A DNA stretch of 39,017 nt, taken from the sequence record PZ168289.1. One strand, given 5' to 3'. The notes below the pieces were generated by a model. The model did not search any database and was not told where the DNA came from. It saw only the letters and a program-made list of their open reading frames with translations. The position numbers were made by a program, and so were the translations under genes. Positions within the stretch are counted from its first letter, which is position 1; the number at the start of each line of letters is the position of its first letter. The DNA comes from a phage. This document shows, in pieces, positions 10,061 to 17,459 of the stretch.

Positions 10061-10313
10061 TTACCACCTCCTTCACGTACTCAATGAATAGACGAACGCG
10101 AGGCCACTTAGTGTAGACCACGGGTACATTGGTCTCACGCTTCTGGCGAGCCTCTTCAGCTTTGCCCGGAGTAATCAGAGCGAAGACTGTAGGTGACATC
10201 TTAACGGCCTTCCCGAAGTAGCCCAGCTTCTCGTTGCGCTTAATGCAAGCGAACGGGTTGTTTGACAGGTGGAAGGTACTGGAATAACGGTTGAACATTA
10301 AGTTCTTAAACAT
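10053..10313 (-). CDS. hypothetical protein (gene 1.5/1.6 position)
   Basis: 86-aa ORF with AAGGAGG RBS before ATG 10313, just downstream of promoter 10342-10364. Confidence 0.65.
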   Translation of the reverse strand: MFKNLMFNRYSSTFHLSNNPFACIKRNEKLGYFGKAVKMSPTVFALITPGKAEEARQKRETNVPVVYTKWPRVRLFIEYVKEVVNG

Positions 10314-10341
10314 GGTCGTCCTCCTTAGGTCGAAGTTATGG

Positions 10342-10364
10342 TTGTCCTATAGTGATAGCTTAGG
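10342..10364 (-). promoter_or_regulatory. phage RNAP promoter (gene 1.5/1.6 region)
   Basis: CCTATAGTGATAGCTTAG, one mismatch at -12; directly after the TE-like terminator. Confidence 0.65.
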
Positions 10365-10399
10365 GTCGGGCTGGTGGCCCAGACGATAGCTTGCTAGCA

Positions 10400-10437
10400 C
10401 AAAGCAAAGAAACCCAGCAGTCCGAAGACCACTGGGT
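10400..10437 (-). terminator. intrinsic terminator downstream of ligase (T7 TE-like)
   Basis: Minus RNA CCCAGUGGUC-UUCG-GACUGCUGGG followed by UUUCUUUGCUUU; position matches T7 TE after gene 1.3. Confidence 0.65.
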
Positions 10438-10555
10438 TGACGTTATAATGAATCTCTTAAGGCTACTGCCTCGGCTATGGTCTTGGCATATAGGACCACG
10501 CGCTCTCCGTTGACCACCTTCTTGATACAGTAAAGCTCTCGACCTTTCATCTACT

Positions 10556-11581
10556 TTAAATCTTGACTGTAGGATTATCCTCAGTTCCACGCCACTGGTC
10601 GAACGAGGGATGTCGCAATGAGCCATCTGGTGTCTCCTCCATGTAGGTAATCTGACAGGCCCACCCTTTGTAGTAATCTGGGTCCGACTTAACATTCTCC
10701 GTGAACTCGGACATAAGGGCGCGACTAATGTTAGTTGCGGAGACCTCCATCCCGTTCTCGAGCATAACGTCAAAGCCGATGACCATACCTTCGTTGGCTA
10801 GACCTTCTGTTCCCCACACCGGGAGAACAACGTGACCATCTGCCTCTTCACTTGGCTTCATCTTCCACATACCAGACTTCTTACCACGCTTGTATTTTCC
10901 CAGTGGGTCCTTGACTACCAGACCTTCATGTCCATCTGCTCGCTTCTCCTCGTACAAATCACGAAGAGACTCAAGGTTGAACACTGTATGACTCTCAGAG
11001 AGAACCCAGTCGATTTCCGGGAAGTATTTCTGAAGGAGAGGGACGATAGCTTCGGCCTTCAGGCGGGTTACGCTATGGATAGGACCTTCTGCTTTCGGGT
11101 CAGCAATGGTTGTCATGTCTACGACACCGTATACAACAACCTTAAGTCTTGACCGGGCTACCCAGAACGGGACCTTATTGCCTCGTCCCGGATAACATTC
11201 AGCGAACTCTTCGTTGCTAGTCTTCAGCCACTTCGTTCGGATGAGACCCGATGATGTGTTGAAGTCAACGCCTTTGACCATGACCTCTCCGTCAATCATC
11301 AGACCCACGCCTTCGTATCCAGCTTGACGTAGGAACCATCGCCAGTCAGCTTGGGTCCACGCATTCCCTAACTCAGAGTTCATCCACTCCAAGGCTGGAA
11401 GAGGTTTAGACTCACGGCTCAGCCAGTAGGTCTCACCTTCACGCAGTACCGGGAGGTTCAGACGCACACCGTCATACTTCACTTCAGCTTCCAGCGACCC
11501 TGCTGCTGCCAGTGCTTTCGTAACGCCTGACTCAGAGTAATCTACAGCTCGGTGTGGGTTAGTTTTGATAGTCGTTGTCAT
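10556..11581 (-). CDS. ATP-dependent DNA ligase (T7 gp1.3-like)
   Basis: Ligase motifs (EVKYDGVR, DGE.MVKGVDFNT.SGL.RTKW, EGHEGL.VKDP...YKRGKKSG.WKMKP, WACQI.YMEETPDGSLRHPSF); start set to ATG 11581 (MTTTIKTNP) overlapping gp1.2 stop. Confidence 0.95.
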   Translation of the reverse strand: MTTTIKTNPHRAVDYSESGVTKALAAAGSLEAEVKYDGVRLNLPVLREGETYWLSRESKPLPALEWMNSELGNAWTQADWRWFLRQAGYEGVGLMIDGEVMVKGVDFNTSSGLIRTKWLKTSNEEFAECYPGRGNKVPFWVARSRLKVVVYGVVDMTTIADPKAEGPIHSVTRLKAEAIVPLLQKYFPEIDWVLSESHTVFNLESLRDLYEEKRADGHEGLVVKDPLGKYKRGKKSGMWKMKPSEEADGHVVLPVWGTEGLANEGMVIGFDVMLENGMEVSATNISRALMSEFTENVKSDPDYYKGWACQITYMEETPDGSLRHPSFDQWRGTEDNPTVKI

Positions 11582-11844
11582 TATGATTTTCTCCATGTGT
11601 CGAGTTGGTCAGCGAGACCATTAAGGAAGTTGGTTGCAGTATTGTATAGTACGTCTTCATCGTAGTGTGCGAAGGACTCAAAAGCGAGTATGTTACCAGC
11701 TCGGTCCTCGACCCTGAGTCTCATACACTCTTGTCGTGACACATGGTCTTGAAACTCCTGAGATATGACAGCTAAGTCTAACTGATAAAGCCTGTTACAC
11801 GCTGCTTTGAAAGCGTTTAGGTTGCCACTATAAAGTCGGCCCAT
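11581..11844 (-). CDS. gp1.2-like protein (dGTPase inhibitor in T7)
   Basis: MGRLYSGNL.AFKAA.N.L.QLDLAVI closely matches the T7 gp1.2 N-terminus; same length. Confidence 0.9.
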   Translation of the reverse strand: MGRLYSGNLNAFKAACNRLYQLDLAVISQEFQDHVSRQECMRLRVEDRAGNILAFESFAHYDEDVLYNTATNFLNGLADQLDTWRKS

Positions 11845-11848
11845 AGCG

Positions 11849-12028
11849 TTATGCTCCTACGAAATACTTCTCTTGGTTTACCAGAGAGTCTTTGCCTTCA
11901 GCGTTACGGAAAGCACCCTTGACACCACCGCCACGCTTGGTCTTGTTCAGCTTGCGGCCCTTCGGAATGTAATCTTCAGTCTGCTGACGTTCACGGATGC
12001 GCTCGAAGTTGATAGTGTTCTGATACAT
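11849..12028 (-). CDS. gp1.1-like small basic protein
   Basis: 59-aa ORF hand-translated (MYQNTINFERIRERQQTEDYIPKGRKLNKTKRGGG...); KGRKLNKTKR matches T7 gp1.1; GGAG RBS; downstream of promoter 12100-12122. Confidence 0.7.
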   Translation of the reverse strand: MYQNTINFERIRERQQTEDYIPKGRKLNKTKRGGGVKGAFRNAEGKDSLVNQEKYFVGA

Positions 12029-12058
12029 GTTGTAGCTCCAGTTGTTTAGGTTATAGGG

Positions 12059-12103
12059 TTAATCATGAAGGCCACGACTTTAAGTCATGACCTTGAGTCT
12101 AAT
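12059..12103 (-). other. conserved RNA hairpin element, copy ii (putative RNase III site, R1.1-like position)
   Basis: Minus RNA AGGUCAUGAC-UUAAA-GUCGUGGCCU; compensatory changes relative to copies i and iii. Confidence 0.5.
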
Positions 12104-12122
12104 CCTATAGTGATAGTTTAGG
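12100..12122 (-). promoter_or_regulatory. phage RNAP promoter (gene 1.1 upstream)
   Basis: Perfect CCTATAGTGATAGTTTAG; transcript begins with the conserved hairpin element at 12059-12103. Confidence 0.75.
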
Positions 12123-12196
12123 TCAACCTCTTCTGCGTTGGATTAAAGTGAATACTGCTAGTGCTCCCAGCCACAAGGCCAGTAACTGTAGGTGTG

Positions 12197-12397
12197 TCAT
12201 TTGGTTGCCGCCTCTTTAAGGACTTGCTCGTGCGTCTGCTCCACCTGCTTAACCAGCCACTTGAACGGGACGTTAAGCTGCTTTGACATCTCGGTAGGGA
12301 TGACCGTGGTCTTCACCAGACCCTTGCCGTTGTGCTCTGTTACGGTCACGATTTGAGTCCCACCATTAACGCCAGTCTGCTTGTGTGCAAATTTCAT
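12197..12397 (-). CDS. hypothetical protein between RNAP and gene 1.1
   Basis: 66 aa from ATG 12397 (MKFAHK...) with AGGAGAG RBS; no T7 counterpart recalled at this position. Confidence 0.5.
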   Translation of the reverse strand: MKFAHKQTGVNGGTQIVTVTEHNGKGLVKTTVIPTEMSKQLNVPFKWLVKQVEQTHEQVLKEAATK

Positions 12398-12413
12398 AAC
12401 TCTCTCTCTCCTG

Positions 12414-15095
12414 TTAAGCGAATGCAAAGTCTGAAGACAAGATGTCTTCGATATTCAGTTTACCTTTCTTCGGAAGCTCAGGCAACTTATCGCGCTGGCT
12501 CTCATGAAGCTGGTATTCAAACTGCTCGTAGAAGTCCAGCAGCACATCGTTGTCTCGGTAGGTCTCGACCATCGTCTCACGGACACCACGGAACAGATAC
12601 TCAGCGTCAGCCGGGATGGTCCCGAAGCTATCGTGAATCACTGCGAATGACATCACGCCATACTTGCGGTGAGTGTGGACTACAGTCTTGCGTAGGTGGC
12701 TACCATCTTGTGAGTGGACGAAGTTCGGGCTAATTCCTGACTCCTGCTTGTGCTTATCCAGCTCCTTCTTCGTGCCTTTGTTGACGGTAGGCTGAAGGTT
12801 GAATGACCCTAAGAACATCAGGTTCAGACGAGTTGTATCCTTCTTGCGGTATTCCTGCCATACCGGGAACCCATCAGGTGTGACCCAGTGTACCGGAAGA
12901 CAAGGCTTCAGGATTTCTCCAGTCTTCTTGTCCTTCACCTCAGCAGCCAGCAGCTTGGCAGCACCTTGAAGCCACTTCATCGCGTCAACCGCAGCAACTA
13001 CTGTCACACTCACAGCTTCCCAAATCATCTTAGCCATGAAGCGAGACGCTTGGCTTGGTTCAGTGAACATAGCGCCAGACCCTGAGTCAATCGCTGGCAT
13101 CACGATGTCCTCGTATACTTGGTCTGCGAAGCCGTACTCTTTCGACCCGTAGGCCAGAGTCATGACCGAACGCTTAGTGACCTTGCGTGACATACCGTAG
13201 GTCAGCCACTGACGGGCCAGCTCTCGTGTCCCCAGCTTGAGACGCTCGGTAATCTCACCAGTTTTCTTGTCCTCGTGAGTTGCCATCTCGTTGTCCGTAC
13301 CGTTAACCAGCAGGACTTTGAGTTCCTCCTCAATGCGGTCAGACACAATGCGATAGATGTCTTGGACCTTACCGGATGGCGTTAGGTTTACTGCATGCCC
13401 ACCGATGTGGTCACGAAGCATCGCGCTGAAGTGCTGAATCCCAGAGCAGGACCCATCGAAAGCTATCGGCAGCGAGCAGGAGTAAGACAAACCGTGGTGC
13501 ATTACGCCAGCATACTCGAAGCAGAACGCTAGGAAGCAGAACGGAGAGTCTAACTTACCCCACCACTCAATGCTGTCCATCGGTGCTTTAGCGGTAGCCA
13601 TGATGTTGTCGTGGTTATCTTCCACCCACTTGATGCGCTCCTCGAAGGTTACTTTATCAATACCCGCACAGTTTGCACCGTGGACCTTCAGCCATTTGAA
13701 ACCATCAGCACCAATAGGCTTACCGACTGCCAGAGTCAGCAGACCCTTTTGCATGTCGTTACCCTGAGGGTTGAACATCGGCACAGCGTAGACGCGACCG
13801 CGCCAGTCCATGTTGTACGGAAACCAGATGGCCTTGAACTGAGAGAACTTGTTCGCTTGGTTAACGATAAAGCTCAGTGACAATCTACGTGACTGCCGGG
13901 CCTTCTCTCGGCGGTAGATACCAGCAGCAGCCTTCTTCCATGCCTTGAGTTCCTCCTCGGTCTCACCCGCATAGTCCTCAGGCTTCAGTGGCTCCATCTG
14001 AGGGATGTCATCAATAGGTGTGTTGTTCAACTTCTCGACCATGTTCACCACGTCCAGCACCTTCTTGTTCACTTTCCAAGGTGTGTTCTGAATGATGTTC
14101 ACAGCGTCGTAGACTTCAGGCATGTATACGTCTTCATAACGTGCCACCGCTGACTTAGACCCTAAGCGAATCAGGGGCAGCGGTCTGCGACCTTTGGCCC
14201 AGTACCCACCGCCTACGACACCAGTCCACGGCTTAGGTGGAACGACGCAAGGCTGGTAGACTGGAGCGATACCCGCAAGGCTGAATCCTCGTTGTGCCAT
14301 CTTCTTGACCCAGAAGTCTGACAGGTGGACCATCTCTACGTCAGCCGCTGCATTGCCAGCACCGTACCGCTTAAGCTCGACCAGTTGTGTTGACTGGATG
14401 ACAATCTCAAGCATCTTGATGCCAACGTGGACAGCCTCTGTAGGACTCCAAGTCCCCCACGCATCTTCCAGTTGGCCTTGCTCCAGCATGGATGCCTCGA
14501 CCGCTTGCATGTAGGCTTTCTTGTAGGACGCCCCGGCCCGCTTATTCAGGTTATCAGCTATCGCCTTCTTGAAGTGCTCTTTCTCCTTGTCACGGATGCG
14601 ACCGAAGCGGATTTCGTCCTCAAGTGTGCGACCTATCGCGGAGGCCATCGGTGTAATCGGTATCCCTTCAGGCTTGACCAGCTTGGAGAGTATGACCTTC
14701 AGTATGATGACCGCAGCAGACTCGCAAGAGATACGCAGAGAGCGGTCCTTGACGGCCTTCTCTTCAGTGCTCAACATGGTGAACGCTACGCTAGGACGAG
14801 AGGTTGACAGCTTCCCGTCTGGGCCTCCATGCCACTCCTTGATGGCTTGCGCAATCTTAGGGACCAGAGTCTGCATCAAAGGCTTGGCTACCTGATTGTC
14901 TGCGAGTTCTCCGCGCTCAGTCTGGCGCTCAAGGTTCTTGATGAAACGTCGCTCGCCTTCAGTGTATGCCTCGTGCTCAAGCTGAAGCTGCTTGACTGCA
15001 AGGTCCTGCCCGTAGTGGTCAGCCAGCAGGTTAAACGGCTCAATGGCGTTTGACACATCAGAGAAGTCGTGTTTTTCAATAGAGATGACGCTCAT
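12414..15095 (-). CDS. single-subunit DNA-directed RNA polymerase (T7 gp1-like)
   Basis: Collinear with T7 RNAP (HDFSD, PFN.LADHYG, motifs around DGSCSGIQHFSA and HDSFGT, C-terminal FAFA); start set to ATG 15095 (MSVISIEKHDF) with AAGGA RBS; track start 15146 is GTG. Confidence 0.97.
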   Translation of the reverse strand: MSVISIEKHDFSDVSNAIEPFNLLADHYGQDLAVKQLQLEHEAYTEGERRFIKNLERQTERGELADNQVAKPLMQTLVPKIAQAIKEWHGGPDGKLSTSRPSVAFTMLSTEEKAVKDRSLRISCESAAVIILKVILSKLVKPEGIPITPMASAIGRTLEDEIRFGRIRDKEKEHFKKAIADNLNKRAGASYKKAYMQAVEASMLEQGQLEDAWGTWSPTEAVHVGIKMLEIVIQSTQLVELKRYGAGNAAADVEMVHLSDFWVKKMAQRGFSLAGIAPVYQPCVVPPKPWTGVVGGGYWAKGRRPLPLIRLGSKSAVARYEDVYMPEVYDAVNIIQNTPWKVNKKVLDVVNMVEKLNNTPIDDIPQMEPLKPEDYAGETEEELKAWKKAAAGIYRREKARQSRRLSLSFIVNQANKFSQFKAIWFPYNMDWRGRVYAVPMFNPQGNDMQKGLLTLAVGKPIGADGFKWLKVHGANCAGIDKVTFEERIKWVEDNHDNIMATAKAPMDSIEWWGKLDSPFCFLAFCFEYAGVMHHGLSYSCSLPIAFDGSCSGIQHFSAMLRDHIGGHAVNLTPSGKVQDIYRIVSDRIEEELKVLLVNGTDNEMATHEDKKTGEITERLKLGTRELARQWLTYGMSRKVTKRSVMTLAYGSKEYGFADQVYEDIVMPAIDSGSGAMFTEPSQASRFMAKMIWEAVSVTVVAAVDAMKWLQGAAKLLAAEVKDKKTGEILKPCLPVHWVTPDGFPVWQEYRKKDTTRLNLMFLGSFNLQPTVNKGTKKELDKHKQESGISPNFVHSQDGSHLRKTVVHTHRKYGVMSFAVIHDSFGTIPADAEYLFRGVRETMVETYRDNDVLLDFYEQFEYQLHESQRDKLPELPKKGKLNIEDILSSDFAFA

Positions 15096-15163
15096 ACTTA
15101 AAGTCCTTGTTATTAGTCTTTCACTTAAGTCTCTTTGGTCTTTCACTTGGAGTCTTAGACCTT

Positions 15164-15186
15164 GAGTCCTATAGTGATAGTTAAGT
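15164..15186 (-). promoter_or_regulatory. phage RNAP promoter directly upstream of the RNAP gene
   Basis: CCTATAGTGATAGTTAAG at 15168-15185, about 70 nt upstream of RNAP ATG 15095. Confidence 0.65.
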
Positions 15187-15191
15187 CATAA

Positions 15192-15452
15192 TTACTTGCA
15201 TATCAGAGGGTTAGCGTGAAGATGACTGAAGTCACCGTGAGTCGTGTGCTTGATGGTTGACCGTTGGTCTATCGCCTTCCAGCCTGAGACCAGAAGTTTA
15301 CCATCGTCGGTGATTGGTCGTCCACCATACGCCAGACACATCAGCTCGGACTTATGGCCCTCGGCCCGGAGTCTTGCTTGCAGAACCCGGTCTCGCTCCT
15401 GCTGTTGACGTGCGGTGTGACTTGATGGTTTGTGTGTGTATACGGTTTTCAT
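15192..15452 (-). CDS. hypothetical early protein
   Basis: 86-aa ORF directly upstream of RNAP; start overlaps the stop of the preceding ORF. Confidence 0.5.
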   Translation of the reverse strand: MKTVYTHKPSSHTARQQQERDRVLQARLRAEGHKSELMCLAYGGRPITDDGKLLVSGWKAIDQRSTIKHTTHGDFSHLHANPLICK

Positions 15453-15649
15453 TACAGTTTGCTCCCAAGAGTTGCTATATCCCAGACGTTCGCTAAATTG
15501 CGCATGAATCGTCCGTTAGGTTGACGTACAGTCCAGCGGCCCAGACGTACATAGTTGAATTTGTAGACTTTACATGCCTTGTTGATGTCTCTCACCAGCA
15601 CGTAGGCGATAAGTCCATAGCCATAGGCTATCAATAGTGCAAGACTCAT
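15452..15649 (-). CDS. hypothetical early protein with hydrophobic N-terminal segment
   Basis: 65-aa ORF; N-terminal stretch LALLIAYGYGLIAYVLV looks like a transmembrane helix; ATGA overlap with upstream micro-ORF. Confidence 0.5.
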   Translation of the reverse strand: MSLALLIAYGYGLIAYVLVRDINKACKVYKFNYVRLGRWTVRQPNGRFMRNLANVWDIATLGSKL

Positions 15650-15735
15650 AGTGATTTCCGTTTAATACAGTCGTATAACCCATAGCCTATCATCCAGATA
15701 ACTGGCGCTAGGCAGACCCAATATCCCACACTCAT
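15646..15735 (-). CDS. putative 29-aa hydrophobic micro-protein
   Basis: Hand-translated MSVGYWVCLAPVIWMIGYGLYDCIKRKSL; AGGAG 7 nt upstream; stop overlaps next start (ATGA). Confidence 0.3.
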   Translation of the reverse strand: MSVGYWVCLAPVIWMIGYGLYDCIKRKSL

Positions 15736-15805
15736 AGTTAACTCCTATTAATGCAAGTGGTAATCTTTGAGGCCACCTATCAGTCGATGACCTCTCGTCT
15801 ATCAC

Positions 15806-15931
15806 TCAGTACCCGCCTGTCAGTGTTATGGTTAGGCTATGGTGATTAGCCACGTAGCAAGCCCCGCGCTTCATCATCTCGTAGCACCCATCGTAGAACG
15901 CCTGTTCACTGCTATAAGTTATCTGGTACAT
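15806..15931 (-). CDS. hypothetical early micro-protein (track ORF 15806..15994 shortened)
   Basis: Track start 15994 is GTG; internal ATG at 15931 follows a GGGAG motif and sits just after the stop of the upstream 49-aa ORF. Confidence 0.35.
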   Translation of the reverse strand: MYQITYSSEQAFYDGCYEMMKRGACYVANHHSLTITLTGGY

Positions 15932-15932
15932 G

Positions 15933-16082
15933 TTAGTCAATCTCCCAGATAGCCGTACCATTTGGTAGACGTTTACCAAACCCCTGCTGGTCACGGAAGC
16001 GTGCCCTTGCGTCTCTCTCGTTGTATCCGTAGCAAGTCATTGTGTAACACCATCCCGGAATGTGTATAGCGTATCGTTTCAT
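15933..16082 (-). CDS. hypothetical early micro-protein (49 aa)
   Basis: Hand-translated MKRYAIHIPGWCYTMTCYGYNERDARARFRDQQ...; GAGGA 9 nt upstream; ATGA overlap with upstream ORF. Confidence 0.4.
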   Translation of the reverse strand: MKRYAIHIPGWCYTMTCYGYNERDARARFRDQQGFGKRLPNGTAIWEID

Positions 16083-16240
16083 TGTGGTTTATCCTCAGCG
16101 TGTAGACTATCGTGAATACGTTTGCGGCCCTCATAGACCGCTTTCAGGTGACGCATGGTCGCATCGTGGTTTAACTGCCCGGTCTTGACCATAATCCGGG
16201 CGTTGGTGACGTGGTGCTGGCAGAGACCATAAGTTACCAT
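16079..16240 (-). CDS. hypothetical early micro-protein (53 aa)
   Basis: Hand-translated MVTYGLCQHHVTNARIMVKTGQLNHDATMRHLKAVYEGRKRIHDSLHAEDKPQ; ATG overlaps Ocr stop (TGATG); GAGGA upstream. Confidence 0.4.
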   Translation of the reverse strand: MVTYGLCQHHVTNARIMVKTGQLNHDATMRHLKAVYEGRKRIHDSLHAEDKPQ

Positions 16241-16767
16241 CAATCGCAATCCTCAGCAGCCGCAGGGTCGAACACTACGTTATCGTTGATGTCTTCGACC
16301 TGCATGTGAAAACCTTCCTCATAGAGTTCTTTTGCACATGCAGTAGCCTCGTAAAGTGATACAGCTCCCTCAATTATCTCGCCTGTTCTAGTGTCAACTA
16401 CCCAATATTCAGCCTTTTCGTCTTCCTCTTCAGCCTTTTCGTCTGCCTCTTCATCCTCAAACCAGACCACATCCGAGCTATTAGACACGTCGTTATAAAG
16501 CGCCTCATAGATGCGAGCTTGCAGTATACGCGTTACATCCTTGGTATCAGGCATCAGCCCAGAATCTTCGAACTCGTGGTCTATACCATCAGCAGCCATT
16601 ACCGTGAAAATCTCGTGGTAATAGTGCGGAACATTACCGTCTACGACCTCATGCAGCGCATCGCTGTAGTCGTCTCCTTCAGCTATTTCGTCGTACTGAA
16701 TACGCTCGTTAAATGCCTTAACGGTTGCAGCCAGCAGGTCATAGTATGCGTTAGCGTTACGTTCCAT
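16240..16767 (-). CDS. Ocr-like DNA-mimic anti-restriction protein (T7 gp0.3 homolog) with C-terminal extension
   Basis: Residues ~24-95 align with T7 Ocr (YD.I...DD..DA.H...D..VPHYY..IF.VMA..GID.EFEDSGLMPDTKDV.RILQARIYE); very acidic; 175 aa vs 117 in T7. Confidence 0.85.
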   Translation of the reverse strand: MERNANAYYDLLAATVKAFNERIQYDEIAEGDDYSDALHEVVDGNVPHYYHEIFTVMAADGIDHEFEDSGLMPDTKDVTRILQARIYEALYNDVSNSSDVVWFEDEEADEKAEEEDEKAEYWVVDTRTGEIIEGAVSLYEATACAKELYEEGFHMQVEDINDNVVFDPAAAEDCD

Positions 16768-16799
16768 AGTTATATCCTCTCAAAGTTAATTGTGTGTAT

Positions 16800-16850
16800 G
16801 TTAGTGACTATCAATCAGGCCGCTATGAGTCTAACGACCTGTAGTTAATC
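16800..16850 (-). other. early-region hairpin element A (putative RNase III site upstream of ocr)
   Basis: Minus RNA AGGUCG-UUAGACUCAUAG-CGGCCU (plus 16817-16840); related to element B. Confidence 0.35.
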
Positions 16851-17025
16851 ACTGGCAATTGAACGCATGGTCCAAGCACTTATTGAACGCGTCCTGCGCT
16901 TGCTCACGGCTATCCCACTCAGTCTTAGACAATCCGTAGATTATCACATGCTTAGTGCGATACTTATAGTCGTTAGCCGTATACCAGATTACGCCCAGTT
17001 CTTCGTTCATCGCTATGATTTTCAT
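16849..17025 (-). CDS. putative first early ORF (58 aa)
   Basis: Hand-translated MKIIAMNEELGVIWYTANDYKYRTKHVIIYGLSKTEWDSREQAQDAFNKCLDHAFNCQ; weak RBS; flanked by two related hairpin elements. Confidence 0.3.
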   Translation of the reverse strand: MKIIAMNEELGVIWYTANDYKYRTKHVIIYGLSKTEWDSREQAQDAFNKCLDHAFNCQ

Positions 17026-17039
17026 AATGTTACCCTATT

Positions 17040-17100
17040 TAAGTTAGTGACTATCAGTCAAGGCCTTCAGATGTAGACTCAAAGACCCTGTAGTTAGTCG
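17040..17100 (-). other. early-region hairpin element B (in leader of first early ORF)
   Basis: Minus RNA CAGGGUCUU-(14 nt loop)-AAGGCCUUG (plus 17059-17090); ~55 bp related to element A, including an internal direct repeat. Confidence 0.35.
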
Positions 17101-17205
17101 CTATCGGCGCACATTAAGAGTTTATCCAGATTGTTAAAGAGCATTCGCGTTGGCTGTCGTCGCCGTGCTATCCCGTTTCAGTGTTGGGACTCACTAATCT
17201 TGCTT

Positions 17206-17242
17206 GCCGTATAAGTTACTACAGTCAAACCAGCTTGTCAAT
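17206..17242 (-). promoter_or_regulatory. candidate host sigma70 early promoter 3
   Basis: Minus-strand TTGACA (plus 17236-17241), 17-nt spacer, TAACTT (plus 17213-17218); layout resembles T7 A2/A3. Confidence 0.35.
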
Positions 17243-17274
17243 CACTTTCTTAACTCGCTTGCTGTCCTGCTTGG

Positions 17275-17311
17275 TGAATCATACTACTTTAAGTCGGTAC
17301 ATCTTGTCAAC
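17275..17311 (-). promoter_or_regulatory. candidate host sigma70 early promoter 2
   Basis: Minus-strand TTGACA (plus 17305-17310), 18-nt spacer, TAGTAT (plus 17281-17286). Confidence 0.4.
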
Positions 17312-17414
17312 TACTTTCTGTCATCTGCCTGTTGTTCGTATGACTTATCAGGCTGTCTACTTAACCGGGATGACCCGGCGTCTTCACTATCGGTTGTTGC
17401 CGTGTCGTGTTGAC

Positions 17415-17451
17415 GGAATCTATTAAGCCATAGTCTGGACCTGTAGTCAAT
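17415..17451 (-). promoter_or_regulatory. candidate host sigma70 early promoter 1
   Basis: Minus-strand TTGACT (plus 17445-17450) with weak -10 candidates 17-18 nt downstream; weakest of the three. Confidence 0.25.
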
Positions 17452-17459
17452 AGGTAATC

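Noticed and set aside
10445-10549. 34-aa ORF between ligase and the TE-like terminator (gene 1.4 position)
   Set aside because: Weak RBS and very short; left unannotated for lack of support, though a small gene here is possible.
10360-10773. 137-aa minus-strand ORF overlapping the ligase 3' end
   Set aside because: Alternative frame over the ligase C-terminus, running through the TE-like terminator and a promoter; implausible protein (R/S/P-rich); likely spurious.
15781-15800. Plus-strand match to the promoter core (CTATCACT...)
   Set aside because: Only a partial match (GTCTATCACTCAGTA) and in the wrong orientation; not counted as a promoter.
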